This document shows, one piece after another, positions 43,765 to 54,751 of a stretch of DNA of 64,000 nt. The DNA is from Nocardioides sp. (GTDB lineage: Bacteria > Actinomycetota > Actinomycetes > Propionibacteriales > Nocardioidaceae), in NCBI RefSeq assembly GCF_031397825.1, contig NZ_JANNML010000056.1, positions 5,225-69,224 of the forward strand, written 5' to 3'. Positions within the stretch are counted from its first letter, which is position 1. Each line of letters begins with the position of its first letter. The translations under genes were made by a program, and so were the position numbers. The notes under the pieces are model-generated. The model searched no databases and was not told the DNA's origin. It worked only from the letters and a program-made list of their open reading frames with translations.

Positions 43765-46498
43765 CGCGGCGGGCTCCGTCCTCGTCGTAGGAAACCGGGC
43801 CGGTGACGCGGACGGCCAGCGGGACCAGGTCGTCGACCGCGTCGAGGACCTCCCCGACCCGGTCCCGTCCCCCGTCGAGCAGCGCCAGCGCGAACGGCCG
43901 ACCGTCATGGCCAGCCGGGTAGGCACTGGTGACGTGCCCGGCCATCGCGACCGGGAACGTCGTGAGGTCGGCGCCGTGGGCGACCAGCTGGGCACCCTCG
44001 ACGATCCGCGAGGTGCCGTCGAGCGGCACCAGGCCGACCAGGTGGCGACGGTCCGGCCTCCGGGCGTCGTCGCGCGCCAACGACCGCATCCCCATGAAGT
44101 CCGCCTTCGTGCGCGACACCGCCCAGGACATGCCGAGGTCGTGCGGCGTCACCGTGCCGTCGGTGTCCTGACCGACGATCGGGAACCCCTTCTCGGCCCG
44201 CAGGACGTGCATGGTCTCGGTGCCGTAGGGCGTGATGCCGTGCGGCGCGCCGGCCTCGGCCACGGCGTCCCACAGCGCCGCGGCGTACCAGGAGGGCACG
44301 TGCAGCTCGAAGGCCAGCTCGCCGGAGAACGAGATCCTCATGACGCGCGCGGGGATGCCGGCGACCGGGGCCTCGCGCCAGTCCATGAAGCCGAACGCCG
44401 CGGCTGACCAGTCCTGCTGGGGTGCGAGCGCCGCCACGACGTCGCGCGAGCGAGGCCCGGCGACGGCCACCACGGCCCACTGGTCGGTGACCGACGTCAG
44501 GGTGATGTCGAGCCCGGGCCACTCGGTCTGGTGCCACTCCTCGAGGCTGTCGAGGACCGCCGCGGCGTTGCCGGTCGTGGTCGTCATCAACCACTCGGTC
44601 TCGGAGATCCGGGCGGTGGTGCCGTCGTCGACGACCATGCCGTCGGGACCGCACATCACGCCGTACCTGACCTTGCCGACCTTGAGGGTCGAGAAGAGGT
44701 TGGTGTAGACGCGGTCCAGCAGCACTCCGACGTCCGACCCCTGGAGCAGGATCTTGCCGAGCGTGGAGGCATCCATCATCCCGACGCCCGTGCGCACCGC
44801 GCGGACCTCACGCGCCACCGAGGCATCGAGCTCCTCGAGGCCGTCGGCCGTGGTCCCGGGGAAGTACCACGGCCGCTTCCACTGCCCGACGTCCTCCATC
44901 GGGGCGTGTGACACCCGGTCGTGCACCTGGCTGACCCGGACCGGGTCGGACAGCTCGCCGCGGTTGCGCCCGGCGAGGAGGCCGAAGGAGAGCGGGACGT
45001 AGGGCGGGCGGTACGTCGTGGTGCCGACCTCCCCGATCGGGCGGCCCAGCTCCTGGGCAAGGATGCCGACGGCCAGGACCCCGAAGCCCCGGCCCTGGTC
45101 GGCGCCGGTGCCGATCGTGGTGAAGCGCTTGACGTGCTCGACGCTGCTCAGCCCCGCGGCGTGCGCCCGCCGTAGGTCGGCCAGGGTGGCGTCGCGGTGC
45201 GGGTCGAGGAAGACCAGCTCGGGGTCACCGGCGTCTGCGCGGAAGACCGTGGCGGGCGGCTGGAGGGTCTCGCGCCAGTCGGGCACCACGTCCAGGTCAC
45301 CGGCAGCGGCCCCCACGACGACCTCGCGGCCGACCTGGCCGGCAGCGGGGACGTCGGGCACGAACCCGGCGACCTCCTCGGACCAGCGGGTCCGACCTCC
45401 GGGGTGGCTGAAGAGCTCGACGGCGGGGTTGGCTCCCCCGCTGATCGCCAACAGGTCGACGTCGAACGTCCCGACGGTGGTGTGCACCCGGGTCAGTCGA
45501 CCTGTCTCGTCGTCGGACCCGTCGGTCCCGGTGACCTCCGCCCGGAGGTGCAGCGCGATGCCCCGACCGACCAGTGCGGCGGCCAGCGGGCCGGCCATGG
45601 TCTCGCGCACGTCGAGCACGGCCACGACCTCGGTGCCGGCGTCGGCCAGCTCGACGGCCGCGTGCAGACCGGCGTCGTGAGCGGTCCACACGACGGCCCG
45701 CTCGCCCGGCAGCACGGCGTACCTCGTGACGTAGTCGGCGGCCGCGCAGGCCAGCATCACACCCGGACGGTCGTTGTCGGAGAAGACGAGGGGCCGCTCG
45801 TGTGTCCCGGTCGCCAGCACGACCTGGTCGACCTGGACGTGGTGGAGGCGGCGCTTGGCGACGCCGTCCGGACGCTGCTCGAGCGCGACCAGTCGGCCGT
45901 GGCCGTGGGAGCCCGTGACGGTGGTCCGGCTGAGCACCGAGACCTCGTCGAGCCCGGACAGCCTGGCGAGCAGGTCACGCAGCTCCCGCCCGGCCGCAGA
46001 GTCGGCGGGCAGGTCGGCAGCCGCGCCACCGAGGACGGGACCGTCGTCGAGGACCAGCACGCGCGAGCCCTCGGCGTGCTCGGCGGCCGCCACCGCCGCG
46101 CGCAGCCCGGCCAGTCCTCCACCGACGACGGCGACCTCGGCATGGCTGTAGAGGGTGTCGTGGCGTGCGGTGTCGTCATCGGAGGGGAGCCGGCCCCGGC
46201 CCGCGATCCGCTCGATCGCGAGACCGTCGTGGACCTCGAGGGTGGTGGCTGCCACCATCGGCTCTCCCCCGCCGGACAGCACCTGCACGTAGGCGCACGC
46301 GTCCTCGACGCCCACCCCCATCACGCCCCGCGGGCGGCCGGAGTAGATGCCGTGGGAGAGCAACGGGTGGTCGGCGGCGAGCAGCGCCGAGGCGACGGTG
46401 TCGCCGGTGTAGGCAGCGACCTCGCGGCCGTCGACGGTGATCATGACCGGCCGGCTGCGATCGATCCGCGATCCCCCGGTGGTCAGACGACGGCTCAT
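43757..46498 (-). CDS. soxA: Sarcosine oxidase alpha subunit
   Basis: N-terminus ITVDGREVAAYTGDTVASALLA, NAD/FAD Rossmann folds, and a C-terminal GcvT-like folate domain. ATGA overlap with soxD. Start at MSRRLTT. Confidence 0.9.
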   Translation of the reverse strand: MSRRLTTGGSRIDRSRPVMITVDGREVAAYTGDTVASALLAADHPLLSHGIYSGRPRGVMGVGVEDACAYVQVLSGGGEPMVAATTLEVHDGLAIERIAGRGRLPSDDDTARHDTLYSHAEVAVVGGGLAGLRAAVAAAEHAEGSRVLVLDDGPVLGGAAADLPADSAAGRELRDLLARLSGLDEVSVLSRTTVTGSHGHGRLVALEQRPDGVAKRRLHHVQVDQVVLATGTHERPLVFSDNDRPGVMLACAAADYVTRYAVLPGERAVVWTAHDAGLHAAVELADAGTEVVAVLDVRETMAGPLAAALVGRGIALHLRAEVTGTDGSDDETGRLTRVHTTVGTFDVDLLAISGGANPAVELFSHPGGRTRWSEEVAGFVPDVPAAGQVGREVVVGAAAGDLDVVPDWRETLQPPATVFRADAGDPELVFLDPHRDATLADLRRAHAAGLSSVEHVKRFTTIGTGADQGRGFGVLAVGILAQELGRPIGEVGTTTYRPPYVPLSFGLLAGRNRGELSDPVRVSQVHDRVSHAPMEDVGQWKRPWYFPGTTADGLEELDASVAREVRAVRTGVGMMDASTLGKILLQGSDVGVLLDRVYTNLFSTLKVGKVRYGVMCGPDGMVVDDGTTARISETEWLMTTTTGNAAAVLDSLEEWHQTEWPGLDITLTSVTDQWAVVAVAGPRSRDVVAALAPQQDWSAAAFGFMDWREAPVAGIPARVMRISFSGELAFELHVPSWYAAALWDAVAEAGAPHGITPYGTETMHVLRAEKGFPIVGQDTDGTVTPHDLGMSWAVSRTKADFMGMRSLARDDARRPDRRHLVGLVPLDGTSRIVEGAQLVAHGADLTTFPVAMAGHVTSAYPAGHDGRPFALALLDGGRDRVGEVLDAVDDLVPLAVRVTGPVSYDEDGARRDG

Positions 46499-46755
46499 GC
46501 TGCGCCCTCCCGGACGGTCCGGACCTCGTCGGTCACGGTGTGCCGCTCGACCTGGAACCACAGCCGGCACCCGGCCGCGTGGAACCAGCGCTCGCGGAAC
46601 CAGCCCCGCGGGTTGCCCCGCACGAAGAGGTAGGCCGCCCACTCACCGTCGGTGAGCGCGGCCGGGTCGCTCGGGTAGTCCACCCCGGCCTCGCCGCCGT
46701 AGTGGAACTCGGTGGCGTCGCGCTCGCCACAGTGGGGGCACGGGATCCTCAGCAT
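46495..46755 (-). CDS. soxD: Sarcosine oxidase delta subunit
   Basis: 86 aa; MLRIPCPHCGERDATEFHYGGEA is the zinc-finger SoxD signature. Confidence 0.9.
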   Translation of the reverse strand: MLRIPCPHCGERDATEFHYGGEAGVDYPSDPAALTDGEWAAYLFVRGNPRGWFRERWFHAAGCRLWFQVERHTVTDEVRTVREGAA

Positions 46756-46766
46756 CGGCGGGCTCC

Positions 46767-47990
46767 TCAGTGGGCCACGGCAGCGGCGCCGTGCTCGTCG
46801 ATCAGGCGGCCGGTGGTGAACCGGTCGAGGGCGAAGGGGGCGGCCAGGGGGTGCGGGCGCTCCTCGGCGACCGTGTCGGCGAAGACCGATCCGACGCCGG
46901 GGGTGGCCTTGAAGCCACCCGTGCCCCACCCGCAGTTCACGTAGGCGTTGTCGAAGGGCAGGTGCCCGATGATCGGCGAGGCGTCGGGGGTGACGTCGAC
47001 GATGCCCGCCCAGGTGCGCAGCACGTGGGCACGCGCGAAGATCGGGAACAGCTCGACCGCGGCCGCCATCTGCTCCTCGATCACGTGGAAGGAGCCCCGC
47101 TGCCCGTAGCCGACGTGCGCGTCGACCCCGGCGCCCATCACCAGCTCGCCCTTGTGGGCCTGGCTGACGTAGACGTGCACCGCGTTGGACATCACGACCG
47201 TGTCGAGGACCTGCTCGAGGAGCTCGGAGACGAGCGCCTGCAGCGGGTGGCTCTGCAGGGGCAGGCGGACGCCGAGCTGCCCGGCGAGCACGCCGGAGTG
47301 CCCGGCGGCCGACAGGGCGAGCCGGCCGAGCGCGATGTCACCGCGGGTCGTGGAGACGCCCGTGACCCGGTCACCGGAGGTCTGGAAGCCGGTGACCTCG
47401 CAGTGCTGGATGATGTCGACGCCGAGCGCCTGGGCGGCACGTGCGAAGCCCCAGGCGACGTAGTCGTGCTTGGCGATGCCGGCGCGGGGCTGGAAGGTGC
47501 CGCCGAGCACCGGGTGCCGCGGCCGGTCGGTCACGTCGAGGATCGGCACCAGCTTGCCGATCTCCTGGGCATCGAGCCACTGGGCGTCGAGACCGTTGAG
47601 CTGGTTGGCGTTGACCCGGCGCTTCCCCTCCCGGGCGTCGGAGAGGTTGTGCGCGAGGTTGAGCACCCCGCGCTGGCTGAACATCACCTGGGTGTCGAGC
47701 TCCTCCTCGAGGGTCTCCCACAGCCGCAGCGAGTGCTCGTAGATCCCGGCACTCTCGTCCCACAGGTAGTTGGACCGGATGATCGTGGTGTTGCGGGCCA
47801 TGTTGCCGCCGGCCAGCCAGCCCTTCTCGAGGACGGCGACGTTGGTGATGCCGTGGTTCTTGGCCAGGTAGTAGGCAGTGGCGAGGCCGTGCCCTCCGCC
47901 GCCGACCACCACGACGTCGTACGACGCCTTCGGCTCGTCCTCGCGCCAGAGGAACGCGGGGTGGTCGGGGAGCCGCTCGGAGACCGTCAT
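46767..47990 (-). CDS. soxB: Sarcosine oxidase beta subunit
   Basis: [52 protein letters not shown] is the typical SoxB N-terminus. Confidence 0.95.
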   Translation of the reverse strand: MTVSERLPDHPAFLWREDEPKASYDVVVVGGGGHGLATAYYLAKNHGITNVAVLEKGWLAGGNMARNTTIIRSNYLWDESAGIYEHSLRLWETLEEELDTQVMFSQRGVLNLAHNLSDAREGKRRVNANQLNGLDAQWLDAQEIGKLVPILDVTDRPRHPVLGGTFQPRAGIAKHDYVAWGFARAAQALGVDIIQHCEVTGFQTSGDRVTGVSTTRGDIALGRLALSAAGHSGVLAGQLGVRLPLQSHPLQALVSELLEQVLDTVVMSNAVHVYVSQAHKGELVMGAGVDAHVGYGQRGSFHVIEEQMAAAVELFPIFARAHVLRTWAGIVDVTPDASPIIGHLPFDNAYVNCGWGTGGFKATPGVGSVFADTVAEERPHPLAAPFALDRFTTGRLIDEHGAAAVAH

Positions 47991-47996
47991 CGGTCC

Positions 47997-50450
47997 TCAG
48001 CCCCGGAGCCGCGTCATGGCGGGGTCGAAGAGCGGTTCCTCGGTGACGACGTAGGGCAGCCGCTGGTCGAAGTAGCCGATCTCGACCTCGGTGCCCGGCG
48101 CGGCGTGATCCGCAGGGACCCAGGCGTAGGCGATGGCGCGCTCGACGGTGTGGCCCCAGGCGGCGCTGGTGACGTAGCCGACCGGCGCGCCGTCGGCGAG
48201 GACCGGCTCCTTGCCCATCACCACGGCCAGCGGGTCGGTCGAGGTCAGGCAGACCAGCTTCCTGGCGGCAGCGCCGGGATCGAGGTCGACCAGTGCGGCC
48301 TTGCCGACGAAGTCGTCCTTGGCCATCTTGACCGCGAAACCGAGACCGGCCTCGTAGGGGTCGTGGTCCCACGTCATGTCGGCACCGAACGAGCGGTAGC
48401 CCTTCTCCAGCCGCAGGCTGTTGAAGGCGGCGCGGCCGCCCGCGAGGACGTCGTGGTCCTGGCCGGCCCGCCACAGGGTGTCCCAGAGGTTCATGCCCAG
48501 GTCGGCGGTCGTGTAGATCTCCCAGCCCAGCTCACCGACGTAGGAGAGCCGCATCGCGGTCACCGGGACCATGCCGACGTGGGCCTCGACGGCTCGGAAG
48601 TACGTCACCCCGGAGTTGCTGAAGTCGTCGCTGGACACGCTCTGCACCAGGTCCCGGGCCGCCGGTCCCCACAGGCCGATGCAGCAGGTGCCGGCCGTGA
48701 TGTCGTGGACGAACACGTCGGCGGGTGCGAGCGCCTGGAGGTAGGCGAGGTCCAGGTTGCCGTTGGCGCCGATCTGGTAGCGCTGCTGGCCCGGGGCGGC
48801 GCTGAGCCGGGCCACGGTGACGTCGCTGCGGATCCGGCCGCGGGGGTCGAGCATCAGGCAGTAGGTCACGCTGCCGACCGACATCGCGACGTTGCCCGTG
48901 ACCAGGGTCTGGAGGAACGCCGTGGCACCGCGGCCCACGACCTCGATCCGCTTGAGGGCCGTCATGTCGTACATCGCGACCCGCTCCCGGGTCGCCTTGG
49001 CCTCCGCACCCGCGATCGGTGACCAGTGACGGGCGGCCCAGTCGCCGGGGACGGCGACGTCGTAGGTCTCGAGCAGGCCCTTGTTGGCGTCGTACCACTG
49101 CGGGCGCTCCCAGCCGTTGGCCTCGAGGAAGTAGCCGCCCAGCTCGGCCTGCCGCTGGTGGAACGGCGGCAGCCGCAGCGGACGTGGGGACTCCATCGGC
49201 TGGAGCGGGTGCAGCAGGTCGTAGACCTCGACGAAGTTCTGCTGGTCGCGCTCTAGCACGTAGGCCGGGCCCACCTGGTGCCGCTCGAAGCGGTCCAGCG
49301 CGGCCTCGTGCACGTCCGTGGTCGACACCCCGTCGACCAGCAGCTCGGCGACCGCGCGTCCTACGCCGGCGGAGTGGGTCACCCACACGGCCTCGGCGAC
49401 CCAGAAGCCCAGCACATCGGGGCTCTCGCCGATCAACGGACCACCGTCGGTGGTGAAGGAGAACATCCCGTTGATGCCCCACTCCACCTGCGTGTCCGCC
49501 AGCGCGGGCAGCAGGGACTGCGAGTCCTTCCACGGACCCTCGAAGTCGTCGGGTGTGAAGGGCCGCACGCTGGGCATGCCCTGCGCGTCGCCGGGCCGGG
49601 CCCAGTCGTCGAAGTCCTCGACCGCCACGGGGATCGGGCGGTGCGCGTAGGAGCCGACGACCTGGTGGTCGAAGTCGTCGCGGAAGTAGAGGTCCTCACC
49701 CTGGTGTCGCAGGATCGGACGCCGCGCCTCGTCGACCTGGCCGGCCTGGGCCGGCACCGCGGTGGTCCGGACGAGCTGGTGCTCGAGGGGGGTCAGCGGC
49801 AGGGCCAGGCCGACCATCCCCGCGACCTTCTGCCCCCAGATACCGGCGCAGCACACGACGACGTCAGCAGGGATCTCGCCGTCGGTCGTCAAGACGCCGG
49901 TGACCCGTCCGTCCTCGACCAGGACGTCGATGACCTCCGTGCTCGGACGCAGCGTCGCCCCGCGCAGCTCGGCGCGACGGGTCTGCACATCGACCGCACG
50001 GACCGCCTTGGCGAGGCCGTCCGTGGGAGTGAAGAGTCCCCCCAGGACCACGGTCGGGTCGAGCAGGTCGTGCAGCTCGACGCACTCGACCGCGGTGAGC
50101 ACCCGGGCCTCGACGCCGCTGGCGGCCAGCCAGCCGGCCCGGCGGTGCAGGTCGGTCAGGCGCTCGGGGCTGGTGGCGATCTCGAGGCCGCCGACCTGGA
50201 GGAAGCAGGGACCCTCGTCGGAGGCCAGCGAGGCCAGCTTCTCGACCGTGTAGGTCGCCAGCTCGGTCATCATCCGCGACGGGCTGGCCTGGAAGACCAG
50301 CCCCGGCGCGTGCGTCGTGGAGCCCCCGGTGTGCGGGATCGGACCGGCGTCGACCACGGTCACGTCGGTCCAGCCCCGCTGCGTCAGCTCGTCGGCGAGC
50401 GCGGCGCCCACGACGCCCGCCCCGATCACGACCACCCGCGGTCCCGCCAC
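47997..50450 (-). CDS. Dimethylglycine oxidase (FAD domain fused to a GcvT-like folate domain)
   Basis: 817 aa, collinear with my recollection of Arthrobacter DMGO from VVVIGAGVVGAALADEL...HAPGLVFQ to the C-terminal ...TEEPLFDPAMTRLRG. GTG start. Confidence 0.9.
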   Translation of the reverse strand: MAGPRVVVIGAGVVGAALADELTQRGWTDVTVVDAGPIPHTGGSTTHAPGLVFQASPSRMMTELATYTVEKLASLASDEGPCFLQVGGLEIATSPERLTDLHRRAGWLAASGVEARVLTAVECVELHDLLDPTVVLGGLFTPTDGLAKAVRAVDVQTRRAELRGATLRPSTEVIDVLVEDGRVTGVLTTDGEIPADVVVCCAGIWGQKVAGMVGLALPLTPLEHQLVRTTAVPAQAGQVDEARRPILRHQGEDLYFRDDFDHQVVGSYAHRPIPVAVEDFDDWARPGDAQGMPSVRPFTPDDFEGPWKDSQSLLPALADTQVEWGINGMFSFTTDGGPLIGESPDVLGFWVAEAVWVTHSAGVGRAVAELLVDGVSTTDVHEAALDRFERHQVGPAYVLERDQQNFVEVYDLLHPLQPMESPRPLRLPPFHQRQAELGGYFLEANGWERPQWYDANKGLLETYDVAVPGDWAARHWSPIAGAEAKATRERVAMYDMTALKRIEVVGRGATAFLQTLVTGNVAMSVGSVTYCLMLDPRGRIRSDVTVARLSAAPGQQRYQIGANGNLDLAYLQALAPADVFVHDITAGTCCIGLWGPAARDLVQSVSSDDFSNSGVTYFRAVEAHVGMVPVTAMRLSYVGELGWEIYTTADLGMNLWDTLWRAGQDHDVLAGGRAAFNSLRLEKGYRSFGADMTWDHDPYEAGLGFAVKMAKDDFVGKAALVDLDPGAAARKLVCLTSTDPLAVVMGKEPVLADGAPVGYVTSAAWGHTVERAIAYAWVPADHAAPGTEVEIGYFDQRLPYVVTEEPLFDPAMTRLRG

Positions 50451-50465
50451 GTCCGCCTCCTCGGT

Positions 50466-50501
50466 GTTGCGTCTTGCGCAACTCAGTTCGTACTACGCAA
50501 C
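50466..50501. promoter_or_regulatory. Tripartite motif GTTGC-N7-GCAAC-N14-GCAAC, site A (upstream of the dimethylglycine oxidase operon)
   Basis: GTTGC at 50466-70, GCAAC at 50478-82 and GCAAC at 50497-501. It lies 16 nt upstream of the GTG start at 50450. Confidence 0.65.
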
Positions 50502-50583
50502 AGTGTACGCCGATGCCTCGCCGACGTCGTACGACGGTGGGTCACGCGTCTCCTCCGTCGTGCGACGCCCGCGAGGCGGTCGG

Positions 50584-51567
50584 TCAGGACAGCCAGGCCT
50601 CGACCTTGTCGGGGTTCTCCTCGACCCACGTGGCGGCTGCCTCCTCGGCAGACATCCCGTCCACGGAGATGTACTTGGCGACGAGGTTCTGGTCGTCGTT
50701 GGTCCACTGGAAGTTCGCGATCAGGTCGACAGCGGGGCTGTCCGACTCGGCGAACTCGGTGGCGACGACCTTCTTGAGCTGGGTCTCGGGGTAGTCGCAG
50801 GCGACGTCCTGGGCGACGTCCTGGCAGCCGTCGGTGAACTCCGGCAGGTTCACCTTCACCAGCGGCACCTCGGACATGAACCACTGCGGCTCGTAGAAGT
50901 AGCCGATGAGCGGGGTCTTGTTGGCCTCCGCCTTCTCGAAGGCCGCGATCGACGCGGCCTCGCTGCCCGAGAACACCACCTGGAAGTCGAGGCCCAGGTT
51001 GGCCACGATCGCCTCGTCGAACTGGACGTAGGACGGGTCGGCGCCGAGGAACTGCCCCTTGCCGCCCGACTCCGGGGTCTCGAACATGTCGGCGTAGTCG
51101 TTGAGGTTCTCCCAGTCGGTGATGTCGGGGTACTCCTCAGCCATCCACGGCGCGACGTACCAGCCGATGATCCCGACGTTGCCGGTCGGCCCCATCTCCA
51201 TGGCGCTGCCGTCACCACCCTGGTCCTCGAAGTAGAGCTTCTCGAGGTCGGGGTGGCCCCAGTCCTCGATCACGACGTCCACCTCACCCGTGCCGAAGCC
51301 CTGCCAGGAGACCTCCTCCTTGAGGTCCTTGTAGTTGACCGTGCACCCGAGCTCGGTCTCGGCCAGGTGACCGACCACGTAGGCGTCAGCCGCGAAGCCG
51401 ACCCACGGGTTCACGGCCATGTTGAGCTCGCCGCAGTCGCCTGCCGCAGCAGCCTGGCTCTCGTTCTCCTTCTCCTCCGCCGCGATGTCGCCACCGCCAC
51501 AGGCGCTCAGGACGAGCGCGAGCGTGGCGAGCGACCCGGTGATGGCACTGGCTTTCCTCAGCTTCAC
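50584..51567 (-). CDS. Glycine betaine/choline ABC transporter substrate-binding lipoprotein
   Basis: Lipobox LVLSACGGG and a ProX/OpuAC-like body (NPWVGFAADAYV, WGHPDLE, GWYVAPW). GTG start at 51567 with an AAGGAAG RBS. Confidence 0.85.
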   Translation of the reverse strand: MKLRKASAITGSLATLALVLSACGGGDIAAEEKENESQAAAAGDCGELNMAVNPWVGFAADAYVVGHLAETELGCTVNYKDLKEEVSWQGFGTGEVDVVIEDWGHPDLEKLYFEDQGGDGSAMEMGPTGNVGIIGWYVAPWMAEEYPDITDWENLNDYADMFETPESGGKGQFLGADPSYVQFDEAIVANLGLDFQVVFSGSEAASIAAFEKAEANKTPLIGYFYEPQWFMSEVPLVKVNLPEFTDGCQDVAQDVACDYPETQLKKVVATEFAESDSPAVDLIANFQWTNDDQNLVAKYISVDGMSAEEAAATWVEENPDKVEAWLS

Positions 51568-51602
51568 AGGTGTTCTTCCTTCTCTCGGGTGGAACGGTGC
51601 GG

Positions 51603-53681
51603 TCAGGACAGGTGGTGGGCTGGCGTGCGGGTGCGGAGCCGGACCAGGAGGCCGGGCGCGCTGCGGTCGCGCTCGGCAGCGCCTCGGGCGACACGGTCGA
51701 CCATGATCCCGAGCAGGACGATCGCGATGCCGGCAGAGACGCCCTTGCCGAAGAACTCTCCGCGCGAGAAGCCGAGGACCGAGTCGTAGCCCAGCGCCCC
51801 GCCTCCGACGAGGCCGCCGATCACGACCATGGCCAGCACGAAGAGCAGCCCCTGGTTGGCGGCGAGGACCAGGTGGCCGCGGGCCATCGGGAGCTGGACC
51901 TTGGTGATCAGCTGCCACGGCGTGGAGCCGGCAGCAGTGGCAGCCTCGACGGTCGTCTCCGAGACCTGCCTGACCCCGTCGGCCACCAGCTTCGTCGCGA
52001 CCGGCACGGCGTAGATGAACGCCGCCACGATGGCAGTGAACCGGCCGGGGCCGAAGAGCGCCAGCACCGGGATGAGGTAGACGAAGGACGGCATCACCTG
52101 GCCCGCGTCGAGCAGCGGCCGGAGCAGGCGGTCGACGAGCCGCCGTCGGGCCATCCAGACGCCGAGCACGACGGCGACGACCATCACGAAGAGCGTGGCG
52201 ACGAGCACGCTGGTGAGCGTGACCATGGCGTCGTACCAGAGGTCGGTGGCGTAGATCCCGCTGAGGCAGACAGCGCTGATCAGGGCTCCCCGCCACCCGG
52301 CGAGGAGCTGGGAGAGGACGAGGAGCGCCAACCCGGTCACGAACCACGGCGAGCCGGCGACGAGGTCCTGGAGCGGGTTGATGAAGACCGTCGTCACGCT
52401 CTCCTGGATCCCCGTGGTCAGTCCGGAGAAGTTCGAGGTCGTCCAGTCGGTGGCCGACTGGACCGCATCGGCGACCTCGGGGCCGACCTCCGTGTCCGGG
52501 AACTCGGCGAACGAGAAGTAGGTGCGCGAGACGTAGACCGAGACCAGCGCTGCAGCACCGGCCACGGCGAGCACGATCCGCTGGGTGCGCCGGTTGCCGC
52601 CACCTCCTCGGGCGACCAGCTCGGTGCGCTCGCTGGCGGCGGTGGTCACCCGGTCGAGCATGATCGCGATGAGCACGATCGACGCACCCGCGACGAACGC
52701 GACGCCCACCTGGTTGGAGCCCGCGGTCAGCGCGCGGAGCACCGGCTTGCCGAGCCCGGGACCGTTGACGAAGCCCGCGATGACGGAGATCGACAGCGCC
52801 GCCATCATGGTCTGGTTGACACCCACGATGATCGAGGGTCGCGCCATGGGGAGCTGGACCTTGATCAGCCGCTGCCACCCGGTCTGCCCGAGCGACGTGG
52901 TCGCCTCGATCGTGGTCTCGGACACGCTGCGCAGCGCGTGGGCGGAGATCCGCACGGCCGGGGGCAGCGCGTAGAGCACGGTGACGGCGACGGCGATGGC
53001 CGGCCCGAGGCTGAAGAAGAGCGCCATGGGAGCGAGGTAGACGAACGCCGGGAAGGTCTGCAGGACGTCGAGCACCGGGGTGACGACCGCGTTGACGCGA
53101 CGGCTGGTGCCCATCCACACCGCGAGGGGCAGGCCGAGCGCCAAGGACACCGCGACCGAGAAGAACGTGATGATCAGCGTGTCCATGCCGTCGACCCAGT
53201 AGCCGAGGAGCCCGACGGCGGCCAGCGACGCCATGGTCCCGAGGGCGTGGCGCCACCCGGCGATGGCCAGGCTCACCCAGCCGGCGATCCCGAGCACGCC
53301 CAGCCAGCCGATCTGAGGGACCGGGCGCGGCAGGTCCGGGGTGGAGACGAGCCCCTGCAGCTGCTCGACCACCCCGTTGAAGGCGTCGGACACCGCACCG
53401 ACCACCTGCATCAGCACGTTGGTGTCGCGCCCCGCGATCAGGTCGGCCTTGAGGTCGGTGAAGCGGTCGTGGAAGTCGGTGGTCTCCTGCCCCGGCAGGT
53501 AGAGCACCGCCCTGCCGTCACCGATCCTCGATGCCACCCACCAGATCACGACGACGACCAGCAGCCAGCCCCACAGGGGTACGACGCGGCGCGGTCGCGG
53601 CGCTACGGGTCTCGTCGCCTCCCCCGGTGCGTCCGGTGGCGAGGTCACGAGGCCCGGCTCGGTCGTGGGTGCTGACGTCAC
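51603..53681 (-). CDS. Fused double-permease subunit of the betaine ABC transporter
   Basis: Two tandem BPD-type permease domains, each with an EAA-like loop ([24 protein letters not shown] and [24 protein letters not shown]). GTGA overlap with the ATPase gene. Confidence 0.85.
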   Translation of the reverse strand: MTSAPTTEPGLVTSPPDAPGEATRPVAPRPRRVVPLWGWLLVVVVIWWVASRIGDGRAVLYLPGQETTDFHDRFTDLKADLIAGRDTNVLMQVVGAVSDAFNGVVEQLQGLVSTPDLPRPVPQIGWLGVLGIAGWVSLAIAGWRHALGTMASLAAVGLLGYWVDGMDTLIITFFSVAVSLALGLPLAVWMGTSRRVNAVVTPVLDVLQTFPAFVYLAPMALFFSLGPAIAVAVTVLYALPPAVRISAHALRSVSETTIEATTSLGQTGWQRLIKVQLPMARPSIIVGVNQTMMAALSISVIAGFVNGPGLGKPVLRALTAGSNQVGVAFVAGASIVLIAIMLDRVTTAASERTELVARGGGGNRRTQRIVLAVAGAAALVSVYVSRTYFSFAEFPDTEVGPEVADAVQSATDWTTSNFSGLTTGIQESVTTVFINPLQDLVAGSPWFVTGLALLVLSQLLAGWRGALISAVCLSGIYATDLWYDAMVTLTSVLVATLFVMVVAVVLGVWMARRRLVDRLLRPLLDAGQVMPSFVYLIPVLALFGPGRFTAIVAAFIYAVPVATKLVADGVRQVSETTVEAATAAGSTPWQLITKVQLPMARGHLVLAANQGLLFVLAMVVIGGLVGGGALGYDSVLGFSRGEFFGKGVSAGIAIVLLGIMVDRVARGAAERDRSAPGLLVRLRTRTPAHHLS

Positions 53682-54751
53682 ACTGCCTGCCCGGTGGTCG
53701 AGACTGGGACGGAGACGGGAGCCGACTCCTCGGCCACGACGACCCGCAGGATGGCGTCGTCGTCGACGATGCCGACGAGCTTCCCCTCGCTGACCACCTG
53801 GACGGGGTGCGCGGAGGCCAGCGCTGCCTGGGCCGCCTGACGCACGATGGTGTCCAGCGACATCACCGGCCCCTCGCGGGAGTCCTCCGGCGTCGGGTCG
53901 CGCATGACGTACTCGAGCGTGAGCACGTGCGAGCGGGGCACGTCGCTGACGAAGTCACGGACGTAGTCGTCGACCGGCCGCGCCACCACCTCGGCGGGCT
54001 TGCCGATCTGGACTATCTCCCCGTCGCGCATGATCAGGATCCGGTCGCCGAGCTTGAGGGCTTCCTGGAGGTCGTGGGTGACGAAGAGCATGGTCTTCCT
54101 CAGCTCCGCCTGGAGCCGGACGACCTCGTTCTGCATGTCGCGGCGGATCAGCGGGTCGAGCGCGGAGAACGGCTCGTCGAACAGCAGGATCGCGGGGTCG
54201 TTGGCCAGCGCCCGGGCAAGGCCGACCCGCTGCTGCATGCCACCGGAGAGCTGGTCGGGGTAGGACTCGTCGTAGCCGGTGAGTCCGACCAGGTCGACGA
54301 GGTCCCCCGCTCGCTGGCGGCGCTGGGCCTTCTTGACGCCGCGGACCTCGAGACCGTAGGCAACGTTGTCGATCACCTGGCGGTGCGGCAGCAGGCCGAA
54401 GTGCTGGAAGACCATGGAGACCTTGTGACGACGCAGCTCGCGCAGCTCGGCGCCCGAGGCCTTCGTGACGTCCTCGCCGTCGATCGTGACCTGACCCGCC
54501 GTGGGCTCGATCAGCCGCGTCAGGCAGCGCACCAGCGTCGACTTGCCCGAGCCGGAGAGGCCCATCACGACGAAAACCTCGCCGGGAGCCACGTCGAAGG
54601 ACACGTCCTTGACCGCGGCGACGCAACCGGTCCTGGCCTTGAGGTCGGCCCGGGAGAGGTCGGCATCGGGAGTGCCGATCACCTTGTCGGCACGCTGGCC
54701 GAAGATCTTCCAGAGTCCGTCGACCTGCAGCGCGGGGGCTGACTCGCTCAT
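53678..54751 (-). CDS. Glycine betaine/proline ABC transporter ATPase (ProV/OpuAA-like with a C-terminal CBS region)
   Basis: Walker [10 protein letters not shown], signature LSGGMQQR, and Walker [17 protein letters not shown] overlap with betA. Confidence 0.9.
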   Translation of the reverse strand: MSESAPALQVDGLWKIFGQRADKVIGTPDADLSRADLKARTGCVAAVKDVSFDVAPGEVFVVMGLSGSGKSTLVRCLTRLIEPTAGQVTIDGEDVTKASGAELRELRRHKVSMVFQHFGLLPHRQVIDNVAYGLEVRGVKKAQRRQRAGDLVDLVGLTGYDESYPDQLSGGMQQRVGLARALANDPAILLFDEPFSALDPLIRRDMQNEVVRLQAELRKTMLFVTHDLQEALKLGDRILIMRDGEIVQIGKPAEVVARPVDDYVRDFVSDVPRSHVLTLEYVMRDPTPEDSREGPVMSLDTIVRQAAQAALASAHPVQVVSEGKLVGIVDDDAILRVVVAEESAPVSVPVSTTGQAV